Shown here: positions 12,401 through 25,200 of the stretch, piece after piece | Position numbering within the stretch: position 1 is the stretch's first letter | Layout: each line of letters starts with the position of its first letter | NCBI GenBank assembly: GCA_002269645.1 | Contig: NIVC01000386.1 | Span: 496,001 to 560,000, forward strand | Direction: 5' to 3' | Source: Macrostomum lignano | Taxonomy: Eukaryota | Length of the DNA: 64,000 nucleotides | Notes under the pieces: model-generated | Databases searched by the model: none | Seen by the model: only the letters and a program-made list of their open reading frames with translations | Told to the model about the DNA's origin: nothing | Program-made: the position numbers and the translations under genes

Positions 12401-13403
12401 TATAGAATGGCACTGCTTTCGCTAAAACGGCCCTTGTCGGGGCCACCTCAACTGACAACGTCACAGGGGGCACTATAGATTGCTAGCATGACTAGCATGA
12501 CTATTTTCTACTGAATGATATAAAAAACTGGTGCCAGTGAATTTAAAATTAATAAAAATGATGCGAAGTTACAGAAAATCAGCTGCCTGATGACAATTTT
12601 AATGGACAATGAGTCATGACTAGATAGTAATCATAGTTTGCCGTCCTTCTATTTGAGTAGTCCTTGATCAGACATATAGAAATCTGAAAGTTTGCTAGAA
12701 ATAAAAGTATTGCTGCTCGCAGCTTGCGAACCCTGTTATCGACCCGTCGACAGACATCAATGGCAAATTGGGCCCTTTTTAAACTGCGCCGTTTTATTTT
12801 GACTTGTATTGCACATTTCCCTTCTTTTAGTGTCCAATACTATCCACTAACGTCGTTGCAATTTAAAAGCACACATTTGCCATCGATGTCGCAAGACGAC
12901 TTCGGATTATTTTTCGGAATGTAGTCGATCGACACTGCATGTAAGCACTGTATAGTGTACATGTACAACTTAATATTCACACTAACGCGTTTTAAATGAC
13001 ATCTACACAAACTTCATTTCATTTTCAAATGCATGTAATAAATTAAACGTAAAAAATTCTTCTAAAATATGCCTAATGTATTATCCAACTTGGCATCCCG
13101 TGTTTCTGTCAAGTTCGGGCCGACCCCTGTTTTGCCACTGGGCTGCCTATTCCTATTGGCACTCAGCGTTTCATCAAGAGAATGGAGAGGGTGTAGTGCG
13201 ATCCTTCAGCACAGGTACAGATGCATGTAGATGTCCATAGCCTTAAAAATAGGCTATATCTACAGTGTTCTGTCCAATGAGACACTTGCCAGTGTGTCAT
13301 TGATGATTGCAACAGCAAAACAACAATCTATATTCGCATAAAGCGACCTACCCAAGGGTAGAGCCTCCTAGAAAATTCTAAAGCTAAAACAGCATATATT
13401 ACA

Positions 13404-14706
13404 ATGATAGTTAGTGTAATATCGCTACTGTTCTTGTGCTACCCAGCTGTAGCATGCGAGCAATGCTCTGCCGTGTATGAGCTTCTGACCAACACCTGTC
13501 CGATGAGTGCTCTGTCTGGCCTGGAGCCCGCGACCGCTGCCGTCGAGTTTGAGTGCGTGCTGCACTGCACTCTGAATAGCTGGTGCCGACTGTCTGTGTA
13601 CCTGACAGACAGTGGTGCCTGCTACAGCCTGCCTGACGTGACTTTAGTGACTGGCAGCTGCGGCCTGGTGCGAAGGAAACTGGCCATCGTTTCCGGTAAG
13701 CTTTTAGCATGGCAGTTGATGCGGTTAGATTTGTCTCGCTTGCACAGGTCACAGATGTGAACTATCATCATTTCACAGGCACATTAACGTCTGCAACTGC
13801 CTCAACAATCGGATCAACTGGTTCCACGACCAGCCCGACCAGCGCAACTGGGACTCAATCTCCAGTCACTGTAGCATTGACCACAATGATACAGAGTGTC
13901 ACCACGGCTGCCATTTCGTCCGGATTGTCGAACCTGAGCTTCGCGTCAAGCGTACTGCTTTGGTACAATTTTCGAAAGGGCTTCATGAACCTGGCGAACC
14001 GTGGCCATTTTGATGCCTCCCCTGTCGGTGTTGCCGATCAGGATGCACTCAAAGGAGTTCACCTTAACGGCTCGTCTGGCTCTTATCTCGAGGTTCATTC
14101 CACCAACTTTTTCAAGAACTTTAAATCAGGGAAAAGCTTCAGCTTCTTTTTTCAAGGGACTTTCGCTGGCAACGCATCGTGAGTTTTCAGCAAATTCAAT
14201 TTTAAAATATTCAGGATTTTTAACGCGTTGTTAATCATTATTAACCACACAGCGGTTGCATACATTGCAGGCTTCGATGCATCAGTTCGTTTAGCAGCTG
14301 CTCGTACAACACCACCGTCAGCCACTTCAGCACTGACATCGCTGCCAGGATTTACTCCAAGACCTACTTTTCCGACGGCTCCGATGTATACACGTATGTG
14401 CTTGCAAAAGCAGCTCTTCCGAACAACGGCACTCAGCAAAGCTACTCTGTTGGGCTGGCCTTGATTGGTGGGGACAAGAAGTACCTGGATAAATGGTACA
14501 TGAACGGTAGTTTCTACGGCACGGAATCACCAAACAATGTCGGCGGCAGCCCCGCCACCAACCAAACCTTTGACTGTCTGCGGATCGGCAACTGCTTCAG
14601 CGCCGGCCCTCGGCCCTACAACGGCTGGCTGCAGTGCTGGGGGTTCGTCAACGGCACTCTCAGTCTTCCCGAGTTTGACAGCCTTCGTCACTTGTGCAAC
14701 TCTTAG
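13404..14706 (+). CDS. Secreted PAN/apple-like + Ser/Thr linker + LamG/concanavalin-like protein, copy B (exons 13404-13695, 13779-14178, 14271-14706)
   Basis: Paralog of 3547-4847 with identical intron positions and phases and an intact spliced frame. Confidence 0.8.
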
Positions 14707-16034
14707 ACTTCGCGTTCTCGATCTACAGCGTAGTCAGAATAGCCAAAACTTTGACAGAATGACCAGAACGTTTATCCCTAGAAAAGCATAGAGTTGTCAA
14801 CAGGCGTCAAAAACGTCTTGAAAATGTAAATCAATGAGTGGATCCAACTAACTAAGAGATAATAACTTGGCATTTGCTAGGATACGAGCTAAAAACTCAC
14901 GAAAGTGCAGAGTAACATGTGATGTGGCGAGTTTTGATGCCGATTACGCTGTTTGTATCTCTTACAACTGCCTAGCTGTTTATCCTAGCATTGTCATTTT
15001 CTATTTTTTTATTTTCTTTTTATCTGCGCTCGTATCTGCAGTTTTCATTGTTTGCTGAGAATTAAAGAAAGCTTGAAAAAAGTCTGTCCCTCCCCAATAT
15101 CGATTTCAAAGACTTTGCTGCAGTAATTACGGTACAGGCCTTTGTTTTCCTTTGCGTATGTCAGTCCGGCTCTACTCTGCTTGTCTGCTTCCCTCCAATG
15201 GAGCAACTTTTCTCGGGTTAGGAACAATGTTCATCCTTAAGGATACTGACGGGGCTCTAATGTCTGTCGATGGGTCCTGGAAAAACTTTCCCCAGTCAAA
15301 GTATCAGAAGTCCGTTAAACACACCAGAAACTAGGGCTTGTGGATATTGAATCCGACATTCACAAAACCGAAGCAGCTATGAGAGTTGTTTCAGCTGATC
15401 AAAGACTGCTTGAGCAAAGTTTCTTTTCAAACTGTCTTTGGTACTATTCGATGTTATACCAGCGACCAGGTCTCAGCTGATGAGTCACCCAACCCCGACT
15501 TATATTTTTTTGTTGATTAAAAGCGAGCCCAGAATTTTATCTGATCCTGATTTACAGACTTTTAAGCAGGACCTTGTCGACATTTTTACTAAGCTGAAAC
15601 GTGTTCCTCCTTACAAACCATTTATTCTATTAGCTTCAAATCTGCTTACTTTTCTCAATTTCTTTACGATACGTCCAATGATGAAGTTTTTGACCCACTT
15701 GGCTCGTATTTTGTCTCTCCGTTATTACCGGTACGTCTTTTTGCGTTCATATCTTTAGCGAACTACGAGTATCCTTTTAAATCTTTGTATAATATACCTA
15801 GTTCTGTAGCCCAGTCAATTCTGTCGGCTTCTTGAAGTCAAAGTTGTGAAAACTAGATAGAGAATATTATAATTTCTAAATAAGAATAAGACAAGAATAA
15901 AAATAAGATCTAAAAGCAATTAGAATATTTATTCAATTTATTCATACGTGACTTCTTCAGGTGCTACATATATTGCGACTTACGAACACTATCCTGTAAA
16001 ACAACCAAAGCAGAAAGTGCAGAACAAAGTTTCT

Positions 16035-16198
16035 GTCGTTGGTTGCATATCGGACTGCTTCTCAACAGAGCCATCGAGTGAAATTTTACTTCACAAGTTT
16101 CCTACTGATGAGGAACTACTGGCCGAAGGATGCAGAATCCATCCTGTGGATCTTCATTTCAATCCGACGCAAGTTTATGGGCGCGCTTTCTGCACTTC
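16035..16198 (+). pseudogene. Degenerate THAP-domain-like relic, copy B
   Basis: SVVGC...ILLHKFPTDEELL then ARFLHF in a shifted frame, resembling THAP CxVxGC...LHxFPxD...VCSxHF; first Cys and Trp lost. Confidence 0.35.
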
Positions 16199-19100
16199 AT
16201 CCCAGCGAGCTTATCACAGACCATTAAGATTAGACTGTGAGCTATCGGGCTCTTAGCTATAAATGAATTTACTTTGTGGCTGTGTCTATGGTTACAAACT
16301 CGTTCCATTTGATACAGACCACGACATCGAGAAGCATAAGCTCATGGATGAATGAATAGAATGGATTGCTATTCTGGCTCTGGCTATTTTCGTTTTTGAC
16401 TCTTTTGCATCCGGTTCCCCCCGTGCCTTTTCATTTGTTGATGATTGCCATAGACAATTTTCGGCCTTCGCCCCTTTCTTTCGATGCACAACAAGCGCTT
16501 TCGCTCGTGTTTTGAAATAAAGGGGGAAGACCTACAAGCACGATTCGAGAGTCGATTCGTCTACAATAAAATCAGTTCTTTGCGCTTGTTGTTGTTGTTT
16601 ACTCACTGCTCAGCAATCCATTCTATTCATTCATCCATGCATAAGCTATGCTCGTATGCGGTGTAAAATAAAAGGTTCCAAACACCTCGCTTATAGAGCG
16701 AGCGAACGTTATAGAAAGTAGCAAGCCAAGGGCTGCTCATAAAAGTTGTTTTTGAATTTGTTATCATTCTTCGGCCAAAACTTAACAAAGACGGCAATCC
16801 TCGCTCGAAAATGACACAGTTTAAACACATTCGCACGCTGTTGCCATGCCATTCACCAAAGCAACCACCGATTTTAAGATCAGATGGGACACAGATGAAA
16901 CAAAGTCGCTATCATTGAATTGAAGAATGAAAGGTAAAACAGGACGACTTAGAAGGATACGTAAAGAAGCATAATCGATGGTTAAGCCTAGCACGTCCGG
17001 CGACCTTTTGCGCCTTCGGCGAATCCAGCTTGCAGGTGGCAACATCATCCGAACCCAGTTTTTCTGCTGTTGACGCTGGAACCCCGGAATTTTCCGGCGA
17101 ACCGGCCCCAAAGTTGCTGTTGCTGTTGCTATGTCATCTTCGAATCCAATGTGCAGAATGAAATTTAAGCATTGGGGAAAAACTCTAGCAAAGCAACGGA
17201 CTCCCGTACAAGGCAGTCCCGTAGCCTGCAGTCGCAGGACGGAGAATGTCGGATGTCCTGCACCAGCTAGGGGTTGATCTGTAGTGGCGCAGCAGCTCAC
17301 TGCTATGATTTTTTCCCGACAACAGAGTGAATTGTGGTACGAGCTCGTAGTGAAACCTCAGCCCGAATGCGGGTAAACTTTTTGCTTCATTTTTCTTGGT
17401 TCATTTATCGATCGCTGTGGCCCGGAAAAAATAGCGGGAAACTTCAACAAATGAATCCCATCCTAGGAGCAAATGCTAGTCGCAATGGAGGCCTTAGCGC
17501 TGGCAATACGAGTGGTGAGGCAAGTAGACAGAGGGGTCGGACTGGTTCTGCCATCCGGTCGCTCCGGTTGGTGAATCGGATGTCTACCATAAAAACTCCC
17601 GCTGCAATCCTGTGGAAAAAGCCTCACCAAAGCTTTTGCTTCCGTTGGCAGGTATTTTTAGTCGCGCTTTGAAAAAACTTTGCTTAAATTTTACACGCAT
17701 TTGATGTTTTTTCACAAAGAAATTTTGTCAAAGCACGGTTGTCTCTCTCTACCTTTCGCACAAACAGTGCTTGAATGAGACTGAAAATTTTCACAAAAGT
17801 CTTCAGAGTTACCGCAACAGCTCCGGACCAAGCCGACTTCAAAACGGAAAACTTGTCGGGATTAACGGACTAAAAAGGCTTATACTACAAATTCCTTCTT
17901 TGGAATGCCACTAGATAAAGGAGTTATCTGGCTTTGCTAAATGAAATCCAGACAACGCAGTTCTCAATTTATAACATTAATCAATCTGCTCAGAAACCTC
18001 GCACTCTCGTCATCTCGTCATGATTCGTTGCTATCTACAGCCAACATTATACACGTCGTTAAAATACCAGCATGACTCAGGTAGTAGTGATACAGGGCAT
18101 GTACAATTGTATTCAATATATATCAATAGCGCTTGTCCTCGCTTCAGGAGCAGCGAAATACATACCGGCTTTGGGATGATGTACATGTAACAGAGGCTCC
18201 TACGCTAGGAATCACAATGCAATGGTCGGGGGCCACCATGGTCTAAGTGTCCCCGGTGTACCCGGTACATTCGGATCGCTGCGAGGTACCATCTAGGCCT
18301 CCATAAGGTAAGTCTGGGCCTAATCAAAAGTCTGATCAAATCATTTTGATGGAACTGTGCGAACCCAAAGAGAGATGCCATTGGCAGACAAGCATGTGTT
18401 CGAATTTTTAGCTCAACTGACCTTGCATGGGTATCAATATGAAGCGCCTAGAGGCTGCATTGCAATTAGATTTCACGAGTCTTCATTTTTTAAATAGTGT
18501 AGAAGATCTTAAATGCAGTAAGTGAATTAGCTACTATATGTCACTTATAAGGTTAAGGTGCAAATCAAAACATTTGCCTCAAATTTTCTGATTAATGAAG
18601 GCATTTTCCCAGTATAAGATTCAGTTCTGTAGGTGTCTTTCTGAATCACCTACGTATTTTTAATCGTTGAGAAACTCATGGCCCAGCCGTTTGGTACTTT
18701 GTAAAAGCGACGAGTTTGAAAACAAGAAGATCGAAATTTTTTCACCGGAAGTGACCGGGACTTCGTTTGCTTTCTATTGAAATTAAAATATCTCAATTGA
18801 TCAACGATGGCACTGCATAACACTGCTCCAGGCCGCACAAGCAGGCAGAGGTGCACCCTCTCGGGTCAAACAGGCTCCATTGTCCCCCTGACTTTTCATG
18901 AGAAACCAAGCACGGCACGGAGGAAGCTGAGTAAGACGAGCGCCTTGCTGCTCGGCAAAGCAGAAACTCCGAGGAGAGCAAAAAAGAAGACGTGTGGACA
19001 GGCACACTTTGGACTGGGGGTTCGGGGTGCTTTTCTCTTGCTTTCTCAGTCAAAAAAGAAGTTGAGGCTGCCTGTTTTGCTGGCGCTCAGCTCCACGCCT

Positions 19101-19252
19101 GTCACAAATAGCCTCGCAACCCCACCCGGTGCTCTATCTTTCTTCTCTCTTCTAGAAGCAGACCACTTCTGCAATGAGAACTATAAATATTTCTTTTCTA
19201 GACCACAGTAGTAATTAATTTGCGCACTGTATTTCTTTTCTTCCTTCTACAG

Positions 19253-22200
19253 GGCATCGGCTGGATTTGCTGCACAATTTCGGCTTCTAAGCTGCCAGCT
19301 GCTCGAAATTTCGTCGGCTTGCCCGAATTCTGAAGCAAAATCTGGCATGGCTCTGCGGCTCTGCGCCCAGTCGGCCAACTCCGAATGGCAGCTGCTTAAC
19401 CAGTTATCGGTGAGTGGCTGAATGCTTCTAGGAAAGCTAATTTATGGAAAAACTGCCTCAGCATCTCTGTTGACACCATCTTTACTCCCTGGCCTCTTTC
19501 TCTTCCGGGCTCAGAATAAAAGTTGTCAGGCTTACAGACCACTGAAAGTTAGCTACAGCTCTAGTAGGCGCAGCCAAACCGCTTGAGTTTCAACTGAAAC
19601 TACATGCATACTACCAAATTTTAACTTGATGCGATTGCAAGCGGTCGCTGCGATGTTTCTTCCACGGAATTCACGGAAATTTTTTGTATGCGTCAAACAC
19701 ATTCGTCCTTACAGAACGCAGTCCAAGGCTCAGAGGACGCGGTGCTGGAGTCCGTGACGCACGGCAGCCCCAGCTCTTCTGGTTGGATGCCCCAGTTGGA
19801 GCCGTCTAGTGGCGCAACGTCCGATCACGTAAGTTTGACAAAATTTTGAGAACCACTTAGCTAATTGAGTATCCGGAGAAATGTCTAAAAAACGAAAACA
19901 CAGAATCTTGGTCATGCAAATGGTCGCAAAGTATAGCTTAAGTTAAGGCATAGTTTTGAACAAATTTCATGCTACTTGCGAGATCCTCTGTAACCAAACC
20001 CCACACCCGACGCCTCGATCGCGCAGTCCAGTCCGGCTGATCGCCTTCAGCAGTTCTGGCTGGAGGCCGGCAGCCTTGCTACCTGCCTGCAGCTGCAGCT
20101 GGAGCAGCAGAAATCCTACCACCTGGTGAGTGACATTGGCTATACTAAGCTCTCACGTGAGCTGTATGTAATTGCTACCTATGGCTAATCTGGCTGTCAT
20201 CACCACCTGTCCAACCTGGCAGTTCTACCAAACCCTGGCTCACTACGAGGCCAGCCTGGAGGCAGAGTTCGACCAGGCCAGGGAGCGGCTGCAGCGACTG
20301 GAGGGTCACAAGGAGGACGCCAGCGCCATACTTGATTGCACTCAGGTGCGAGTCCTAATAATTGGTTGTTCTCGTATTTCGTGTAAAAAAACTCTATCAC
20401 GCCATTATGCATTTCGTACTTAGGAATTTTGATCCTTGCGAAGTCGAAATCAGCTAATAAGCTCCTGTTGATCACTTCCCACAGAACCTGCTCACCACCT
20501 CCATACTCTGGTGGCGCCGAGTGGACTCAATAATGGCGCAGAGTCGCCGCTGCCCCCCACTGTCAGCCCGTCTGGAACCGATTGAGTTCAAACGACCGGC
20601 TCAGCTTCTTGTGGACTTTGCTGCGCCAGAGGTAAGATTAAAAGCAGATTTATTTTAGCATTGGATTGCAAATCACAATACGGTAACTCTCATAGTGATT
20701 TTTGGCACCATTATGGGGTCCCGGTTCTCCTCTAGCCGCAATTCCAATCTCTGAGGATTTAAAGAGGCCTGAAACTATGCCATAGACTTGCATTAAATGA
20801 GAAACAGCAAGTGTTGCGCTTTAAAGTACACGTGTTTGAATGGCGCACGATTAGTATGGTACGAGCTACGAGTATGATGTAGTTAGTTAGATAAGTAAAA
20901 GACAAGATATTGGGGTTGATTGCGCTCGTTGCGCCCATCAATATCATCTTATATTTGGCTTATAAATTTCGACTTTATGTGAAATTTAGAATAAAAATAG
21001 CATTGCAAAAATCATCAGGAAAGACTCGCTCCAATAATAAATAGTGATTGTCAAACCCAGCCGATAACAACTTGATTGGAAAGTGACCGCTTTTAAGAGT
21101 TTCATTCTTCATAACACACGAATAGTGGAGATCAGAGCAAGGAGAGACTCGGAAATCAAACGAACCTTTTAATGAATTTTAAGAATTCAAAGCTTTCTAG
21201 AAGTATAAATGTTTATTCACCTTCTAATTTCGATGCTTTAACCTTCGTTCCTACTCTACGTTTTTACTCTGTGCAAAAATTCAAACTTTATACTTTATAC
21301 TTTATTCTTCCAAGGGAGCCTTATTGATTTTGATTGCACTTTGTTAAATTGATTTTTCGAGCTCAGATTTTAGCGAAGACTGAAAGGATGAAAGAAGGAT
21401 GAAAGCGCTCAGGCTGATGACGCAGTGGTCATTTGTTGCTGTTCTTGTTGGTGTAGAAGTACGGCTGCTCAGGGCTCAGGCACTCGATCGGCTCGCCGAT
21501 GTGCCAGTCCGTCCGCTTGGCCCCGACCGGCTCGATCATGTTGTTCCAGAGGGCCTGGGCCGCGCGGGCGTTGCCCAGCCCGCTGAGGTGGAAGCAGTCC
21601 GGGGCGAAGTAGGCCAGGTCCGGCTTGCCGCACCTGTTCCTGCATTGCGGAGTCCAGTAAGTACGATTATGTGGTTGTCTTTTAACGAGGTTTTGAAGCC
21701 TGCTGCGCTACTGAGTCACCAACGTGGTATTAAATCTCCACGCTGGAATCTCGTCCGTCCAAGCGACCAGCTGTTGCACTGGCGTTGCAAGCACCTTACT
21801 GACGAGGACAAGTGCGCAATTTGCGTTTCTGTTCGAGCTTTGAGACTTATCTTGTTCTTCTTAGACTTTTCTGATAGTATGCTTTGTTTCTGCTATTTTG
21901 ACGAGTAGATCGTCTATTGAACGGACGTGAACAACAGTACTTCATCGGTTAAGTAGCTTGATTTGTAGTAAAAACAAATAAACAAACAGTGTTTCCAAAC
22001 AGAGCTTTTGGAAACTATTTAGGGAAATTTTAGCATTCAGATACTGTACGAACGGCCGGAAAAGGAGTGGTAAGAAAACTCACTTAGGCAGAACAGTTTT
22101 TTCCAAGAAAGGCTGCAGCACCACTGTGAAGTCATCCCTGGTGTCGTACACACCGGAGCTCACCAGCGCAGACAAGTTGCCCTGGTACTCAAGAACGATC

Positions 22201-25200
22201 TGACGCAGCTCTTCCGTTGGCTGTTTGAAGGCGCCGCAGCGGCACTCGAAGTAGTGCAGAACGGTGCAGGCCAGGCCGCGGTTCAGCTCCTTGATCTGCG
22301 ACACGTCCAGCACGTTGACAACGTTGACGAAAGCGCGTGGCACCTCGCTGTGCAGTAGGTCGAGAGCTCGCTTAATGTTCGCCGTGTACATCTCCGCGGC
22401 GTAGTACCTGGGGTTCTTGCAGTAGGCACATAGATCATTGCCGCCGATGAACAAAGTGATTACCTTCCAGTCATTCTGGTAGTCCACAGTCGGATCCGCC
22501 TTCATTCGCTGGATGAGGTCGTAAGCCTGCAGTGAAGGATCGCAAATTATTCAGTCTCGCACTACAAGCGTTTTAATAATTGGGAATGAACTTCTATAAC
22601 GATAGGGATACGGTTCGCGCATGTTTGGTGAAATAAGCACTGTACCTGCTTGAGCATATCCTCCGATTTTGCTCCCGGTACGGCAACATCGAAACCGCGC
22701 GACTTCTTCAAGACGCCCTTAGCGTAACCACGCAGGTTGGGGTTGTACTTGAGCAGGATGTTTGGCAGAGTGGGAATCCATCGGTAGTTCAGGTCGGCCC
22801 CAATGCTGAACACGGAGCCGCGGAATGACAGCACAATACCTAGTGGTGTGAAGGCGTGGATGCCGGAGCCAGCCGAGATGGAGTCTCCGATGGCGCCGAC
22901 CACCTGAAGTTTATCGGGTTTTGGATAATTCGATGTTGAATAAGTCAGCACACAATGAGTGACTTGCACAGAATTTCACTTTGCCAAAGTAGTAATCGAA
23001 ACATACCTGGACGTCAGCCGGAGTCAAAGCGTGGACACTGGTAGCCGGCTGGGCAAGCTTGAACGGAGAGCAGGGAAAATCGTAGCCGATTCCTTTGAGC
23101 ACTTGTCCCAGGGCCGATGAGAATCCGAGCTCCGCTGTTTCATTCAGCATCGCCTGTCGCAGCGTTGCATTGGACTCAATCACTTTGATGACTCTCTCCA
23201 GCGTCTCGGTCCAATTCCCTGTGTCGCCTTGCATTGTTGGGTCGCTTAGGATGGTTGTCAGCGCATCAGTCGGTGTCACTGATGAGCGGTTCTCAGCTGG
23301 GCAGTCAGCTTCTGGCGCTGAGATGCCGGCTGAGCAGCCGAACAGGGCTGCAAGTAGCAGCAGCAGAGGAATTTGCATGTCTATAGAGGCTTAGATAGGC
23401 CGGCCGAAACACAGAAGCAGAAGAGCTTGTCAGAGACTAGAACAGAGCAGGTACCTTTGCATGCTTTCAACAGCAGATAAAAAGTTGCATAAAGCGTTTT
23501 ATTGCGACTGATTAGCGTTAGGGGCTGTCGAAGACAAAGATAGCAAGTTTATGCAGGTAGTTCTTATTTTTCTTGAGGACTAATGCCCCGAATGCACTAT
23601 TGCTCAGGTCTTTGACTCCGTGCGTCAAGGCAACAAGTCCATGCCAGTTCAGTGCGACAGATAAGTGCTGGGCTCTGCCACTGCACTTCTGATATTTCTT
23701 TCTCTCCCTATCTTTATTTTCTTGTGCCACGGTCGAGGTCACGTGATTCATAAAAATTGTTATAAATAGACACTGGCCCAGTCAATGTACGCTTCTGAGA
23801 AGTGTGCTTCGAGTTTCTTGACCAATGATGACAGCTGACCAAATGTAACGATAAAATGATTTTACGTCATATAACATTTCTCTACTGCGCGGAGAAGTAC
23901 AAAGAATGCCGTTCAGACAGTCTCTGTAGAACCCTGGAGCCTGTATAAACGTGACAGTGTGACCTTAATGTTGCACCAGCGGCTGTAATAATGAGGGGTT
24001 GGTTTGAGAGACAAAGGCAGAGAATCTGCTTGCCGAAAAAACGTCTCGAGACCAGATTTAAGATGGTTGCAACACTGTTTAGACATAATATTAAAAACAT
24101 GATCAATCCATCACGAACCAACTTATACAGGTCTCAGTGAAGACAGGAAGCGAAGTATTTCTAGTCGACAACACCAACCGAGACCAGTGGATCGTGGAAA
24201 CGTGCGGCGGCGTTTGTCTCGGCGTGCCGTCGCTCTGCGTGACCATCGCGGGCGGCGACCCGGCGGCGCTGGAGCGTGCGGCTGCGCTGAGGCTGCGCCT
24301 GCTGGCCAGCTGGACAATCGCGCTCAAGGAGATCGGCCGGGCGCTCATCGGGTTCATGCTGCAGGTGTTCCGACGGATCAGTGCAATCGAAAGTCAGGTA
24401 GGTCACTTTCCTTCTTTCCAGCTAAGCTCAACGATCCTCACGACATCTCTGTCGTCCACTTTTCCGCAGACAGAGGCTCCCTGCGTCGTGACATCCCACC
24501 AGGACATCATAACTGATGGAGAGCTTCGCCCTTTGCTGGCCACGATGGAGCAGCTGCTGCAGAGCTACTGGGCTCAGCATCCCGAATTTGAAGAGCTGCG
24601 CGACCGAATGCGGCGTGTCCGAGCTTCTTTAGCCATCTGCGACGCCGAGGACTGCCTTGACGACTGGACTCGTATTGATATCCGTGAGTCAGGGACGTCC
24701 GTATTGTTAGTTAGGAAAAGCTTCCCGTAACTCCATAGCTTAACTAATTCGAAACTCCAGACACGATATTTCTGAGGCTAAGTCCTCTGGTAATGTCGTC
24801 ATCTGAAGAGCCGGACTCTGTCACCAAGCAGAACGAAATGCATGGCCTCTTAGGCCAGCTGATGCGTCGGTACCGCGATCTGACGAGACACTGGGAAGCT
24901 TTCCGACTCAGCGGGGACGGCAGCGGCTCATCCGCGTTTGGAAATGACGAAACCGCGAGTTTTCAATTTTGCCGCGACCTGACCGAGTAAGCTTATTTTT
25001 GACTGGAGTAGAGTGCGAACTGTCAAGTTTATAAATATCTACCATTAAAAACTCTCGAAAATACTTACAGTAATACTCGTAGGTAAATTGTTCAGTTTTA
25101 ACCTAAAACAGGTACGTACCTTTATATGAGTTAACTAATCCTAGCTGAATTTACCAAGAAACAGGGAGCCGCAACATGGAAGTAATGAGGAGGCCTGGCC

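Noticed and set aside
17300-19250. Possible 5' exons of the plakin gene (17.4-17.65 kb, 18.1-18.3 kb, ORF 18807-19211)
   Set aside because: Could not build a consistent spliced frame or recognise a domain.
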